DNA of 63,714 bases, filler included, from Neoconidiobolus thromboides FSU 785 (Eukaryota > Fungi > Entomophthoromycota), in the NCBI GenBank assembly GCA_025603075.1. It is 4 parts of 4 records of this genome, joined end to end, with 100 filler letters (N's around TTAATTAATTAA, not from the genome) between each part and the next. Parts side by side here need not be neighbours in the genome. Positions count along the whole stretch, not along the records: positions 1 to 20,805 come from MU626549.1; 3 more parts are not named here. One strand, 5' to 3'. Of the stretch, positions 1-10,545 are shown piece by piece. Position 1 is the first letter of the stretch; each line of letters begins with the position of its first letter. The notes beneath the pieces were generated by a model. It saw nothing but the letters and a program-made list of their open reading frames with translations, made no database searches and was not told the DNA's origin. A program made the position numbers and the translations under genes.

Positions 1-1058
1 AATACACTAAAACAGATAAGGTCTAATAGCACGTTTTATATAGTAAATCAAACAACTGTTGGCTTTTACAAGGCAAATCCCTAAACAGGGCTATATTATA
101 AATATTTTGATATTGAGAAAAAAGAATGACATGATGAGTATACTATTAAAGAAAATTTTAGACTAAACAAAACATTTAAAATAGCTGAGTCAAACAAGAA
201 TGTCTATTCAAGTATTTATTTTATTTCACAAGATGAAATAGACTCAAATCTATTTTATACTTCTAATTACCTTAACTCCAAATATTTATAAATTGTGATA
301 AGATCGTTTGACATCAAACAAAAGAAATTAAAACATTGTGTAGCTTGGAATATAATTATTTCGGAAGATACATTAATTATCTGAAACTGCTATTTATTAA
401 AGACAATAAATTATATTCTGTAATTATACAAACGCCTGATTCATTTAATAACAACTTCAGACTACACGAATCGGATTTAGAATCAAATGAAAAAAGTATA
501 ATTTCGAATTAATACGACAATTTAGATTGATCACATTAAAAGCAAAATCAAACATTTACCTTATAACTTATGGCCTTAGTGTTATAACTGAGGAAAACAA
601 AGTTGAATATGTAAACTTGAACTACAACCATTGACTTTCGCAAAATCAAACCAAACTATTCCATTATTAAATGATGGTTACTTCACTATTTATAATGATT
701 ATTTAATAAATTCACTTGGCTTTGTTTTTGTTAATAATGATAATTATATAGCTGAAGGTGGACATGGGATTTCAACTGAATCTTCTAATAAAATTAACTA
801 TTTAATACTCAGACTTGGGAAGAAGTCGATAAGAGAAATAAGAATGGTAATACTTCATCAACAAGAGGAACTATATCGACAATAATGATTGTTTTACTTA
901 TGCTCTACAAATGTAAATTGAAAAAGGAGAGGTCACCAAGTACGGTTACAGCTCCTACTATAATTGAGCCAATCAATCCATTATATAAGTATTTTCAGAT
1001 GATTGATGGCTGTAATACTATATTACAACTAAAAATAATAACAAAAATTAGAACTTAA
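1..1058 (+). pseudogene. Decayed kelch-repeat/beta-propeller single-pass membrane protein gene, 5'-truncated by the window edge (same family as 25605-27014)
   Basis: Manual translation gives ordered blade-end motifs KYFDIEKKE* (100-129), RSFDIKQKKL (301-330), KVEYVNLNYNH* (~598-635) and DGYFTIYNDYLINSLG (~673-720). After a frameshift come TWEEV, a hydrophobic TISTIMIVLLMLY and a basic KCKLKK. The order matches IYNIKSEKW / RIFDLKSKK / ILNLKDKDLKW / GCFVDYYGYLLFFSG / TWKL / TM-RKK in the intact paralog. Stops fall where Trp is expected. Confidence 0.55.
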
Positions 1059-1436
1059 ACATGTTTAATAATGACTATAACAACTTAAAATAACATTTAA
1101 CTAGAAATCTACATAATTGATAAGTCTACTTGCCATTATTTATGTTTATATAATTTATTAGCATCTATTCGAATTCTTTTATTTAGAATGATTTTTAGTA
1201 AAATCAAAATAGATACTTTTAAGACATTTTAGTTCTATAAGTATTTAAATAGTTGAAATTATTATCGACTTATTTTTTAAAATACTATGCTGTTTTATTT
1301 TAGATCACAATCAAAAATGAATTTACAGTCTTTTTTAATTAAAACACATACTGTCATCATATTTAAATGCCACTTTTTTAAAATACTATCTAGAAGATCA
1401 TATTTTTATTTCACTATTATTTGATTTTAGTATACT

Positions 1437-1487
1437 ACAATTTGAGATTTATCAGTTAAACCCTGAAACAAAAAATACATTCTCATA
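1437..1487 (-). mobile_element. Degenerate partial copy of the ~105-bp MITE family
   Basis: ttatcagttaaaccctgaaacaaaaaatacattctcata aligns with the reverse-orientation consensus end ttattagtaaaattcttaaacacaaaaatacatccccata. Confidence 0.45.
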
Positions 1488-1992
1488 CACTATTTTATAG
1501 AGCAATATAACTTAATTTGAGTGAAAATAGATTTCGAAAAAAAAATGTACACATTCATATAAAATTTAAACTAATAAAAGCTTTTTAGTTTGAATAATAA
1601 GTTAGAAACACTAGTAAAGTTTGAAAAAAATAAAAACTAGCTTAACTATGCTTAATTTAGTTGTCAATAAAATAAAACAATGCACTAAAAATGCAACTTT
1701 TTTTATTATTTATTATCTATTTTCATATTTTTATTTGATGTTAAAAAACTATTATGTAGCTTAAAATATTAATATAATATTTATAATCACATTTTTCTAA
1801 ACCTTAGTTCGAATCATGTAAAAAGCTATATAAGTAAATTCCTACTACAAATTATGGGATGAATTAATACTTACTGCGAAAATCGCAGCTTGAAACCAAA
1901 TGTTGCTTAAAATTTTTTACTTAGCCAATGAACGCTATGAAAAAAATTATTTTTGGACCTAAAAAAATAACAAGGGTTAGTGCAAGTTGACG

Positions 1993-2009
1993 CTTTCCCT
2001 CTCTTTCCC
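1993..2009 (+). promoter_or_regulatory. Polypyrimidine (TCT/TOP-like) tract upstream of RPL19
   Basis: ctttccctctctttccc lies 24 nt before the start codon, flanked by the inverted repeat GGTTAGTG (1975-1982) / CACTAACC (2021-2028). Confidence 0.35.
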
Positions 2010-2032
2010 GGATATATCATCACTAACCTAAG

Positions 2033-2874
2033 ATGTAAGTGGTCAATAAAACAAAAAATATAGCAGGTTAAACAAGAAGGTTGTGGTTATCATTTTAAAC
2101 GCATCAAATTTGTTTAGTCAACTATCAATATTTTTTACTTTAAAAAGTTCCATAGCTTATATTCAACTATTAGGGTCAATCTTCGTAGTCAAAAACGTAT
2201 TGCTTCCCTTGTCCTCAACTGTGGTAAGAGAAAGGTATGGCTCGACCCCAATGAGACAACTGAAATCTCTAATGCCAATTCTCGTCAAAGCATCCGTAAA
2301 TTAGTAAAGTCTGGTTTAATCATCCGCAAACCAGCTGTTATCCACTCTCGTTTCCGCGTTCAAGTTAAGGCTGAAGCCAAACGTAAGGGTCGTCACAGTG
2401 GTACCGGTAAACGTCGTGGTACTGCTGAAGCCCGTATGCCAACTACTGTCCTCTGGATGCGCAGACAACGTGTTCTCCGTCGTCTTTTACGTAAATACCG
2501 TGAAGCCGCTAAAATCGACAAACACCTGTATATTTGATATTTATTCTAATTTGTATTTTTTCTAAACGATTTATAGTTACCATGCTCTTTACATGAAGGC
2601 TAAGGGTAATGTTTTCAAGAACAAACGTGTACTTATGGAATACATTCACAAGGCTAAGGCTGAAAAGGCTCGTGCTAAATTATTAGCGTAAGTTTTATTT
2701 AGGGATTAAGAGAAAGTTTATATTAATTTTATTAGTGACCAAGCCGAAGCTCACCGTGTCAAGACTCGTGCTGCTCGTGAACGTCGTGCTGACAGACTTG
2801 CCGCTAAAAAAGATGCTCTTCTCGGACTCACCGAAGAAGATAAGGCCGAAGCTCCAAAAAAATCTAAGAAATAA
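2033..2874 (+). CDS. RPL19: 60S ribosomal protein L19 (eL19), 4 exons: 2033-2034, 2174-2527, 2577-2687, 2736-2874
   Basis: The spliced translation [28 protein letters not shown]...[18 protein letters not shown]...[18 protein letters not shown]...[36 protein letters not shown] is canonical eL19. GT-AG introns of 139, 49 and 48 nt. Confidence 0.97.
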
Positions 2875-3613
2875 AGTGTTATAGAGACACTTGCTCTTGA
2901 GTAAAATAATTTAATCTGTAATTCTTACATAAAAAAGGGATTTAAATTATAAAGCTTTAATTATAAATGTTGATTTTCAAAATGGAGGGACTTTGTATAT
3001 TTTTTATTTTGGCTTTGGTTTTGGATATTGTATATTGCATTTTTTAATATGTAATTCAAGCATATATTTTATAGATTGCTTTGGGTGTTATGGTAAGGTT
3101 TAAAAATTAGCATTTTATTATTTCAAATATTTATTAATAGTCAACTTTTGGATATAATAAGGGACTATACGCTCAATACTACAATCACTATATAAACAAT
3201 AGTATACTTTTTTACTTTTTGGGTCTGGAAATTATATAATCAAATGTATTTACAAACTATTACTTATTTTTATTATGTCTAGTGTTCATAAATATTTTTT
3301 ATATTTGAAATAAAGATGAAGTCAATTTATATTGCTTCTTCACTTAACTAGAACAAATCCTTATGATAAATTACAATTGAATGATGCTATATTATATACT
3401 TTCAAAGTTAATTTTAAGTATATATCCTATTCAAGTTTATTTATAACTATTTCATTAAAACAATACACTTGCTAAATAACTGCATTTTTTTGCATAAACA
3501 TTTACTCCAGAAAATGAATTCTTAAAATTGTAGAAAGCGTTAGACTAGTTATGCAAAAAGCCATCATTTAATTAAAACATTTTTACTTTATTATAATCAA
3601 AAAATTTAAGACA

Positions 3614-4569
3614 ATGTCAGGGAATCAAGAGCAAATTAACACTAACATAAACCAAGAAGAATCTAAATTACTATTAAATCAGGAATTGAAAGAAACAAAT
3701 GAATCTGTAGAAGGAAGTGAAACTCAAACAACTCAAGGTAATGAAAACAATTCAAATTCTGAAGAAAAGGATAATGAAAAAAATGAAGTCAAAATCAAAG
3801 CTGAAATTTTGGATGAAAGCATTGAATCTGAATCAAGCCTTCCGATAACTATTGATATTAAAAATGAAAGCTCTTCCCATGAAATTGGCGCTGATAGTAA
3901 CGTAGGAGATGAAACTAAAACTCAAGTAAGCGCTGACCAATCAAATTCAAGGAGAAATTCAGAAGTTTCTTTGAATCAGGCTCAAGTTCAACTTCAAACT
4001 TCAGAGAAAGCACCAGCTGAGTCTATAAATAGTTCTACTACGTGGAACAGTGTCCAGTATCCTTCTAACTCAAAAAATGAAAACCTAGCTCCCGGAAGCA
4101 AAAGAGATCGAACAGTTGCTGAGTTCACATTTATGATGGACCATTACACACCAGTGGTAATTTTGTTTTTTTTAAAAGTTGTTCAAACATAATAATAGAT
4201 TTAGATACCAGATGCAGCAATCAATTATTATTTGACTAGGTCAGGGTTTGATTGCCAAGACAAAAGAGTGTAATTATAGATTAACAATTGTTTTTTAAAC
4301 CTTTACTAATGTTTATTTCAGGAAAAGGTTACTGGGATTAGCAGCACAAAAATTTTTAAGCGACATTTGTAATGATGCTTTTCAATATAGTAAAATCAGG
4401 ACTCAAACTGGATCTAATAAAAAATCCAAAGTAATACAATGTTATTTACTATATAAATTTACTAATGAAATGTTCTTAGAGCAAAAAAACATGCCTCAAT
4501 TCTGATGATTTATCTGCTGCATTATCCGAATACGGCATTAATGTCAAAAAACCGGACTACTATATTTAA
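3614..4569 (+). CDS. TAF10: TFIID/SAGA subunit TAF10 with long acidic N-terminal extension, 4 exons
   Basis: Spliced C-terminus DRTVAEFTFMMDHYTPV|IPDAAINYYLTRSGFDCQDKRV|KRLLGLAAQKFLSDICNDAFQYSKIR...|SKKTCLNSDDLSAALSEYGINVKKPDYYI* is the TAF10 histone-fold signature. Confidence 0.93.
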
Positions 4570-4984
4570 GCACTTTTTGATTTTTTAAACTAAATATAAG
4601 TTCTCTCTATGTTAACTGTTTATTATTTTTATATATATTGCTTTTATGAGCTTTCTTTAAAGTAGATTGTTTATATTCTAAAACACCATACATAGGGTAT
4701 AAAGATTTGTATTGTTAGCAATAGTTTTTCAAGATTTCATAGGAATAATAAAGGTAACTGAAGAAGTAAAAATTAATGACAAGGTATTTTTGATATATTA
4801 AATATTATAATGTACTATAATAAAGTCAATCTTATTGTATTAATTTGAATCTTACTTTTAATTCTAAAATTAAAAATTCTAGTAATTTTTTAACTTGGAT
4901 TGATCAAACAAAACAAATGCAATAATAATTCTAATTTTTTTAAAAAATAATTTGATCCCATAAAAGTTACACTTTGTTTAAAAA

Positions 4985-5975
4985 ATGGTAGCAAAATTAG
5001 AATTAATCAAGCAATTAAGTTTGAAAAACAGGGTTATAGCTCAAGTTTTACAAAGAAGTTATAAAACTAATGCTAGAAACAAAGAAACACCTTTCATACC
5101 TGGTGTCCAAGGTTATTCTCCCGATTTTTCCCCACCTCCACCACCAAAAAGAAAAGAAAAAAAGGTAACCAAAATCAAGAAAATTGTACCAAAGATTGAA
5201 GTCTCAGGTAAAAAAGTACAAAACAAAGAACCTGTTACTGAAATAGCAAATTATAAGCAAACACTCACCGTTTTAAGAAAACAATATTTTGAGGAGACTA
5301 AAACTGTCGAAGAACAAAGAGTACAAGAAGCATTGAAGCAACTAAAATTAAAAGAAGAGGCTGAACAAAAGGAAAAAGATAGATTAGAAAAGTTAGCTAA
5401 TGAAACTACCAAAAAAAGAGAACAAGACTACTTATCTAGTTTAAATGTTTTCGATAAAGAAGAACTTAAGGCAGCTAGTGGAACAACAATGAGTTATAAT
5501 CCATTCACTGATCCAGAAGCCAAGTCCAAACGTATAGAAAATAAAAAACAAAATTTAGAAACTCAACAGGAAGAGCTCAAGAGAAAGCGTAAAGAAGCTT
5601 TGCTTCAAAAGTTTTACCAAGCTAAGAGCTTCGTCACACCAAACAATATCGATGACTATTTAAGAGAAACTATCGATAAACAAGGCTCAAGCTTCAGCTC
5701 TGGACTCAGTTTCTTATTATCAAGCTCAAAGGGTAGCGACCCTAGCCTTTCTTTTGATGCAGTTAATAGAAATAGATTTAATATTTTACAAGATACACTC
5801 AATAATACTATCAATGGCCAACCTAATGTTGATTATATTCAAGAAAATAAAAATAATCCAAGCAACAAAACTTGGTAAGTATTTTAATTTATATTAGTTT
5901 TTTGCTAACAAACATTGTATTAGGACTTTAGAGAATGCATCCAAGCTATTACCTGAAGATTCTAAAAAAGAGTGA
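4985..5975 (+). CDS. Mitochondrial small-subunit ribosomal protein mS26 (PET123-like), exons 4985-5874 and 5924-5975
   Basis: Basic presequence-like N-terminus and a coiled-coil middle. YKQTLTVLRKQYFEE and KRKEALLQKFYQAKSFVTPNNIDDYL resemble, from memory, the conserved yeast Pet123/mS26 blocks (AELRRKFL; LLNLYHVANEFIVTE). A GTAAGT donor at 5875 bypasses the ORF stop. Confidence 0.62.
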
Positions 5976-6140
5976 TATAATTATAATAAAATAGAAAATC
6001 ACTGATTTCATTTTTTGCTAATATTAAGTGTATTAATTTCTCCCTTGTTTATTAATTTATAAATTACAAATTATATATCGATATATTTAAACTACAAAAG
6101 CATAATAAGTTTATTTTTTTAATGTATAGCAACATTTCTA

Positions 6141-7258
6141 TTAATTTAAAAGAGAATCTAAATCTGGTACAACCAAAAACTTTTCCTTGATAGGGGCTAA
6201 AGAGTAAGCTTCCTTATTGTTAGAGTCGAGAGCAACTATCTCTTGATGAAATGAAGTTTTTGATGCTTTAGATACCTAAAAAACATTAAAATGAGTATTA
6301 AATAATAAACAAAAATAAAATATTACATTAAATAATATATCACCGTATTTCATCATAACCTTACCACTTTTATAAAATATCAACTTTCCAACTTTACCAT
6401 CTATCTTATTTAATTGATCTATATATTGGTCACCATCTGGCTTACCCACTTCTTGGATTCCAGTATCAATTTTAAATTTTGGTAATACGGAAGGTAATTG
6501 AAAACACAACAATTCCTTTTTTGGGTTTAAATGGTCAATAGTATCTGAAAGGTTGCAAATGTTTTCTGATTTAATATTTAATTTCCTTAAATCACCTTCT
6601 ATTTCTTCTTCTGATTTGATTTCTTCTTCTTCTACCTTCACTTCCCCTTCATAATGTACAAGCAATTCTGCATCTTCATATATTTCTTTGTTTTCTTCTT
6701 CTTCATTACTGATAGCAAATCCAACAGCGGAAGTTCCGAAACTGGTTGTATTTACACCACTTGATGCCTTTTTATTTCCAAATCCAGAGCCTAAACCCTT
6801 TAATAAATATTCATTTTAATATATTTAGTTTACTTAATCCAGTTGGACCCATAGCAAACGGTCCTGAAGCCGTCATTACTACTTCGCCTCTACCTCTGGT
6901 ACTACCTCTACCTCTACCATCGTCTCTACCCTTTCCATCACCTCTACCTCGTCCTTTAGCTCTACCTAATAGAAATAAAATACTATACATAAAAAAAGCT
7001 AGTTATCTACCTCTTTCTTTTTCGAAAGTCTATGAAATCGATGTAAGTTATAAACAATGTACATAAATTGATATTTACCTTAGACTCGCTTGATTCTTGC
7101 TTTACTTCGATAGCTTGCTTGACAGGTTTATTCTTTTTAATTGGGGCCTTGGGAGCAAAACTTAATTTTTTAACACCACCCTTCGTATAGCCTGGTTTTG
7201 GTTCTAAGTTCAATGATTCAGCTTCTTTTTTTATTGGGGGGTTATCTTTATTTTCCAT
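6141..7258 (-). CDS. RPC4: RNA polymerase III subunit RPC4/Rpc53, multi-exon, includes a 19-nt microexon at 7011-7029
   Basis: RG-rich stretch followed by VVMTASGPFAMGP. C-terminal Rpc4 domain LLCFQLPSVLPKF...GKVGKLIFYKSGKVMMKYGDILFN|VSKASKTSFHQEIVALD...AYSLAPIKEKFLVVPDLDSLLN*. Confidence 0.9.
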
Positions 7259-7405
7259 TTTTCTTAAGTTAACAGAAAATTAAATTAAATTTTTCAAAAT
7301 TTATTTAAATTACGCATAAAATTTTATCCCTTTAATTTTGAGTATAGAAATGGATTTAGACGCTTTAGCCTTTTTATTCTCTATTTTTCAACTCATCATA
7401 GAAGA

Positions 7406-8884
7406 ATGAACATCCGAAAGTTAGCGAAATGGTTTGGATTAAGATGGTCAAATAAACTAGAAAATATGATTCCAAAGTTTGAAAGAGATTTGTTAATAAT
7501 AGTGAATCGAACGATAAACAATTCAGAAGTAACTTTTGATGAAAAGGTACAAACTTTAGAGCAGATGCAAAAACAGTTTCAAAATAGTAAGTACTACGAA
7601 GGGTTATTAAGGGTGTATGGTAATTTTCAATTATTTGACAAAATGGAGGCTTGTATTAAAGAAATTGATAATAAAAAATTACCTTTTAACCAGCAAATGA
7701 AAAATATTATAACTGAGTATGCTTTAATAAAACCTGTAGACCCTAAAAATCAAATAATGGCACAAAGCCTTATTAAAACTTATTCCAATATAACTAATGA
7801 ATCAATTTGTTTTGCAAATGAAGATGGCACTAAAAATGTTAGCTTAGAAGCTTATTTGGATAATTACAAGCCCCAAGGGATCCTAGACTTTGAAGAATTG
7901 AGCGGGATATTGAGCGTGGATGAAAAACCAGAGTTAATTATAGAGTTGATACAACATATGAACAAAAAGGATTTGAAAGTAAATAAGACTATTTATGATA
8001 GGGGAATTAGATCGTGTACAGAAGTAAAAAACCATAAAATGGGGATTCAGTTTATTAAACAGGCTTTAGGAAAAATAAAAACTATTGACCAGGAATTAAT
8101 AGCTAAATTTATGAAAACTATGCCAAGGAGTGATATTGTTTCCCTTGTTTTAACATTAAAAGAACATCGAGAGTTTGAGCCTGGGTTGGCACTAAGAGGA
8201 GTGTTAACAAAGTATGATGAGAACTTAAATAAAACAATAGAAAAAGAAGAAAGTCAAGAAGGTAAAACAATGGCTTATAAAAAAAAGCTGAAGGATTTAA
8301 TAAAAGGAGCGACTGAAGAATTTGACGAAATTCATAAGGAAATGATTGAAAATGGGATTATAGGTGATGGCTTTATTTTGAGTTATTCTATTCAAAACCG
8401 TCTTCAAAATAATATGGTAAAAGAAGCAATAGATTTGTTTTGTAATAATGACTATAAAACAATTAAAGATTGTAATGAAATAATCATTTCGATACTAAAA
8501 AAGGTTAATCGATATGGTACAGTTGAGCAATTAGCACGGTTGAATGAGTTTTTAAAATCAAATGATTACCCAATTAGCTCAGAGTACTACATATTTTATC
8601 TACATGCTTTATATTTATTCAAAAAGTTCCAGCTTTTTGCTAAAGTGATTGAAAAGGATGTGATACCTCAAAATAAATTTAAAGTGGACATACTCTGGTA
8701 TAGTAGATTTGTTCGTATTATAACCAAACACGATAGAAAAAGAAGCAAATATAATATAAGAGGTCTTATAAAAGAGTTATCAAAGTTTGCCGAAGCTGAT
8801 AAAAAACAAAAACAGATTCCTCAATCTAAGAAAGATAAGGCTCGTATTGCTGAAGCCAATAAAGAAAAGACAAACTTTAAGTAA
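7406..8884 (+). CDS. Intronless helical-repeat protein, probably a mitochondrial PPR-like RNA-binding protein
   Basis: 492-aa ORF with ~35-aa degenerate PPR-like units (ELIQHMNKKDLKVNKTIYDRGIRSC; FDEIHKEMIENGIIGDGFILSYSIQ; LNEFLKSNDYPISSEYYIFYLHAL) and a basic N-terminus. Divergent from RPC4 across 147 bp. Confidence 0.6.
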   Translation: MNIRKLAKWFGLRWSNKLENMIPKFERDLLIIVNRTINNSEVTFDEKVQTLEQMQKQFQNSKYYEGLLRVYGNFQLFDKMEACIKEIDNKKLPFNQQMKNIITEYALIKPVDPKNQIMAQSLIKTYSNITNESICFANEDGTKNVSLEAYLDNYKPQGILDFEELSGILSVDEKPELIIELIQHMNKKDLKVNKTIYDRGIRSCTEVKNHKMGIQFIKQALGKIKTIDQELIAKFMKTMPRSDIVSLVLTLKEHREFEPGLALRGVLTKYDENLNKTIEKEESQEGKTMAYKKKLKDLIKGATEEFDEIHKEMIENGIIGDGFILSYSIQNRLQNNMVKEAIDLFCNNDYKTIKDCNEIIISILKKVNRYGTVEQLARLNEFLKSNDYPISSEYYIFYLHALYLFKKFQLFAKVIEKDVIPQNKFKVDILWYSRFVRIITKHDRKRSKYNIRGLIKELSKFAEADKKQKQIPQSKKDKARIAEANKEKTNFK

Positions 8885-9148
8885 AACTAATTATATGGAC
8901 TAGTGCTGTTTTTATTTATATTTTTTTATAGAAGAACTGTTTAAAATTTAACTTTAATAATAAAACTGAAGATTTAAAAAATAATAAAAATATCATAGTA
9001 ATTTGTCTAACTTAATAAAATGCTTTTAAAGGTCTGTAATACCATCACTGAAGCATTGGGAGAATAAATATAATAAAAGTTTGATCTTTTTTGCATTAAA
9101 AAATTATTACTATTTAAATATTACTTTATATTTATAGAATAACTAAGT

Positions 9149-9220
9149 GGCTAGCTGGCGCAATGGTAGCGCGTTGGACTCCAGATCTAGAGGTTAGAGG
9201 TTCGACTCCTCTGCTGGTCA
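9149..9220 (+). tRNA. tRNA-Trp (CCA), intronless
   Basis: Cloverleaf GGCTAGC-TG-GCGC-AATGGTA-GCGC-G-TTGGA-CTCCAGA-TCTAG-AGGTT-AGAGG-TTCGACT-CCTCT-GCTGGTC-A, with several G.U pairs; TTTTT terminator at 9224-9228. Confidence 0.92.
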
Positions 9221-9311
9221 ATATTTTTGTTTAAGGATTTTGCTAATAATTTTTCTGCTCAAATAACGTTTAAAAGGGAAAAGTGATAAAGCCAAAAAAA
9301 CATCCCCATAT
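9221..9311 (+). mobile_element. ~105-bp MITE family copy, 5' TIR missing, abutting tRNA-Trp
   Basis: atatttttgtttaaggattttgctaataatttttctgctcaaataacgtttaaaagggaaaagtgataaagccaaaaaaacatccccatat matches the family consensus. Confidence 0.8.
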
Positions 9312-10545
9312 TTTACTTTTTTTCTCAACTAAGTTGATGTTAAGGCTCCATCACTTACAAGATATCAAACTGAAAAACTAAACCCAGACCTAAAAGTTAT
9401 TTGTCCGGCTCCTATTAATTATTCTATTTATTTAGCTAAATTCCATATTTCTGCTATTATTTACAATATCCGCTTACTCAAACCTTGGTTATTTTGATAA
9501 ATTAAACTCAAGTTTTTTTAGCTTTCAATTTTCATAAAAAATATTATACAGCTGTTAACTCTTCTTTTAGCACCTTACTCTATGTTTGCAAAAATAAATT
9601 GAAGAATAAAATAGAGACTCCAATATATTTATACTATGTTATAATATTTAATTAAAGTATAATTTAAAAACTTTTATTGAAAATTAATATCTTATTATAT
9701 TTATTAATCAACAATGGTTAATTAAATGACTATATTATTTTATTAGAACAAGATAGCTCAATGATTAACATTAAAAATAACTTTTTATTTAATAATTAAA
9801 TGTAATATTTTGTACTTATCTCTTAAGTTTCAACTCAATTTTATTTTTTTAACTAAGGATTTTAATTCATTGAATAAATCTATTAAATTTAATATATTGT
9901 TTAAATAGCATTTAAATCTATTATGTATTTTTAAATGTATAGATAACCTATGTAATAATAAATAAAGTAGTAGCATTTATTTACTAGTTTTATTTATTAA
10001 ATAAATAAATTCAATAAAATAGTAACATAAAAATCAAAGAATTAATTTGTTACTGCCATATTTAGATTAAAGGATTTTGAGCAATTAATAATTAAAAAAG
10101 AGGGAATTAAACTAATATGATTATAATGCCACTTTAAATTAAACATTTGTATAAATAAATGTTTTCATTAAACTATGATTATTTTTATTAACTGAAATTT
10201 ACATTTCAGTTAGTAAATGTGTACAACTAATAAATTAAATACTTTGATTTACCGGATTAATTTATATTAAATTGATTATTGAAATTTCTGTAATAAAATT
10301 AAAAAAGTGCACCAAATATTAGTTACGATGGGTGTGAAAAAGTTAATGGGAAAAAACCAGCCACTTAAAAGGCTACAATCTTTAATTAGGAACACCTTGA
10401 AATGTTATTAGTAACAATACTTAAATTCAATATATCGAGGTTTTAACTTATTCTCTATTAATTAATATAATCTATTACTATAGCCATTTTATAAAATACT
10501 TCTATTTTACTTTATTTTTGCTATTTAATTACTTTAACCTCAAAA

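Noticed and set aside
631-885. GGHGISTES in the 84-aa ORF resembles the GH28 polygalacturonase GHG motif
   Set aside because: The NTD, DD and RIK catalytic motifs are absent, and the surrounding frames fit a kelch-TM pseudogene much better.
2083-2304. 73-aa ORF-track entry
   Set aside because: An out-of-frame shadow spanning RPL19 intron 1 and exon 2.
10141-10212. Short perfect inverted repeats (8 bp and 10 bp) upstream of SPA2
   Set aside because: Stems this short and AT-rich are expected by chance at this composition; no other support.
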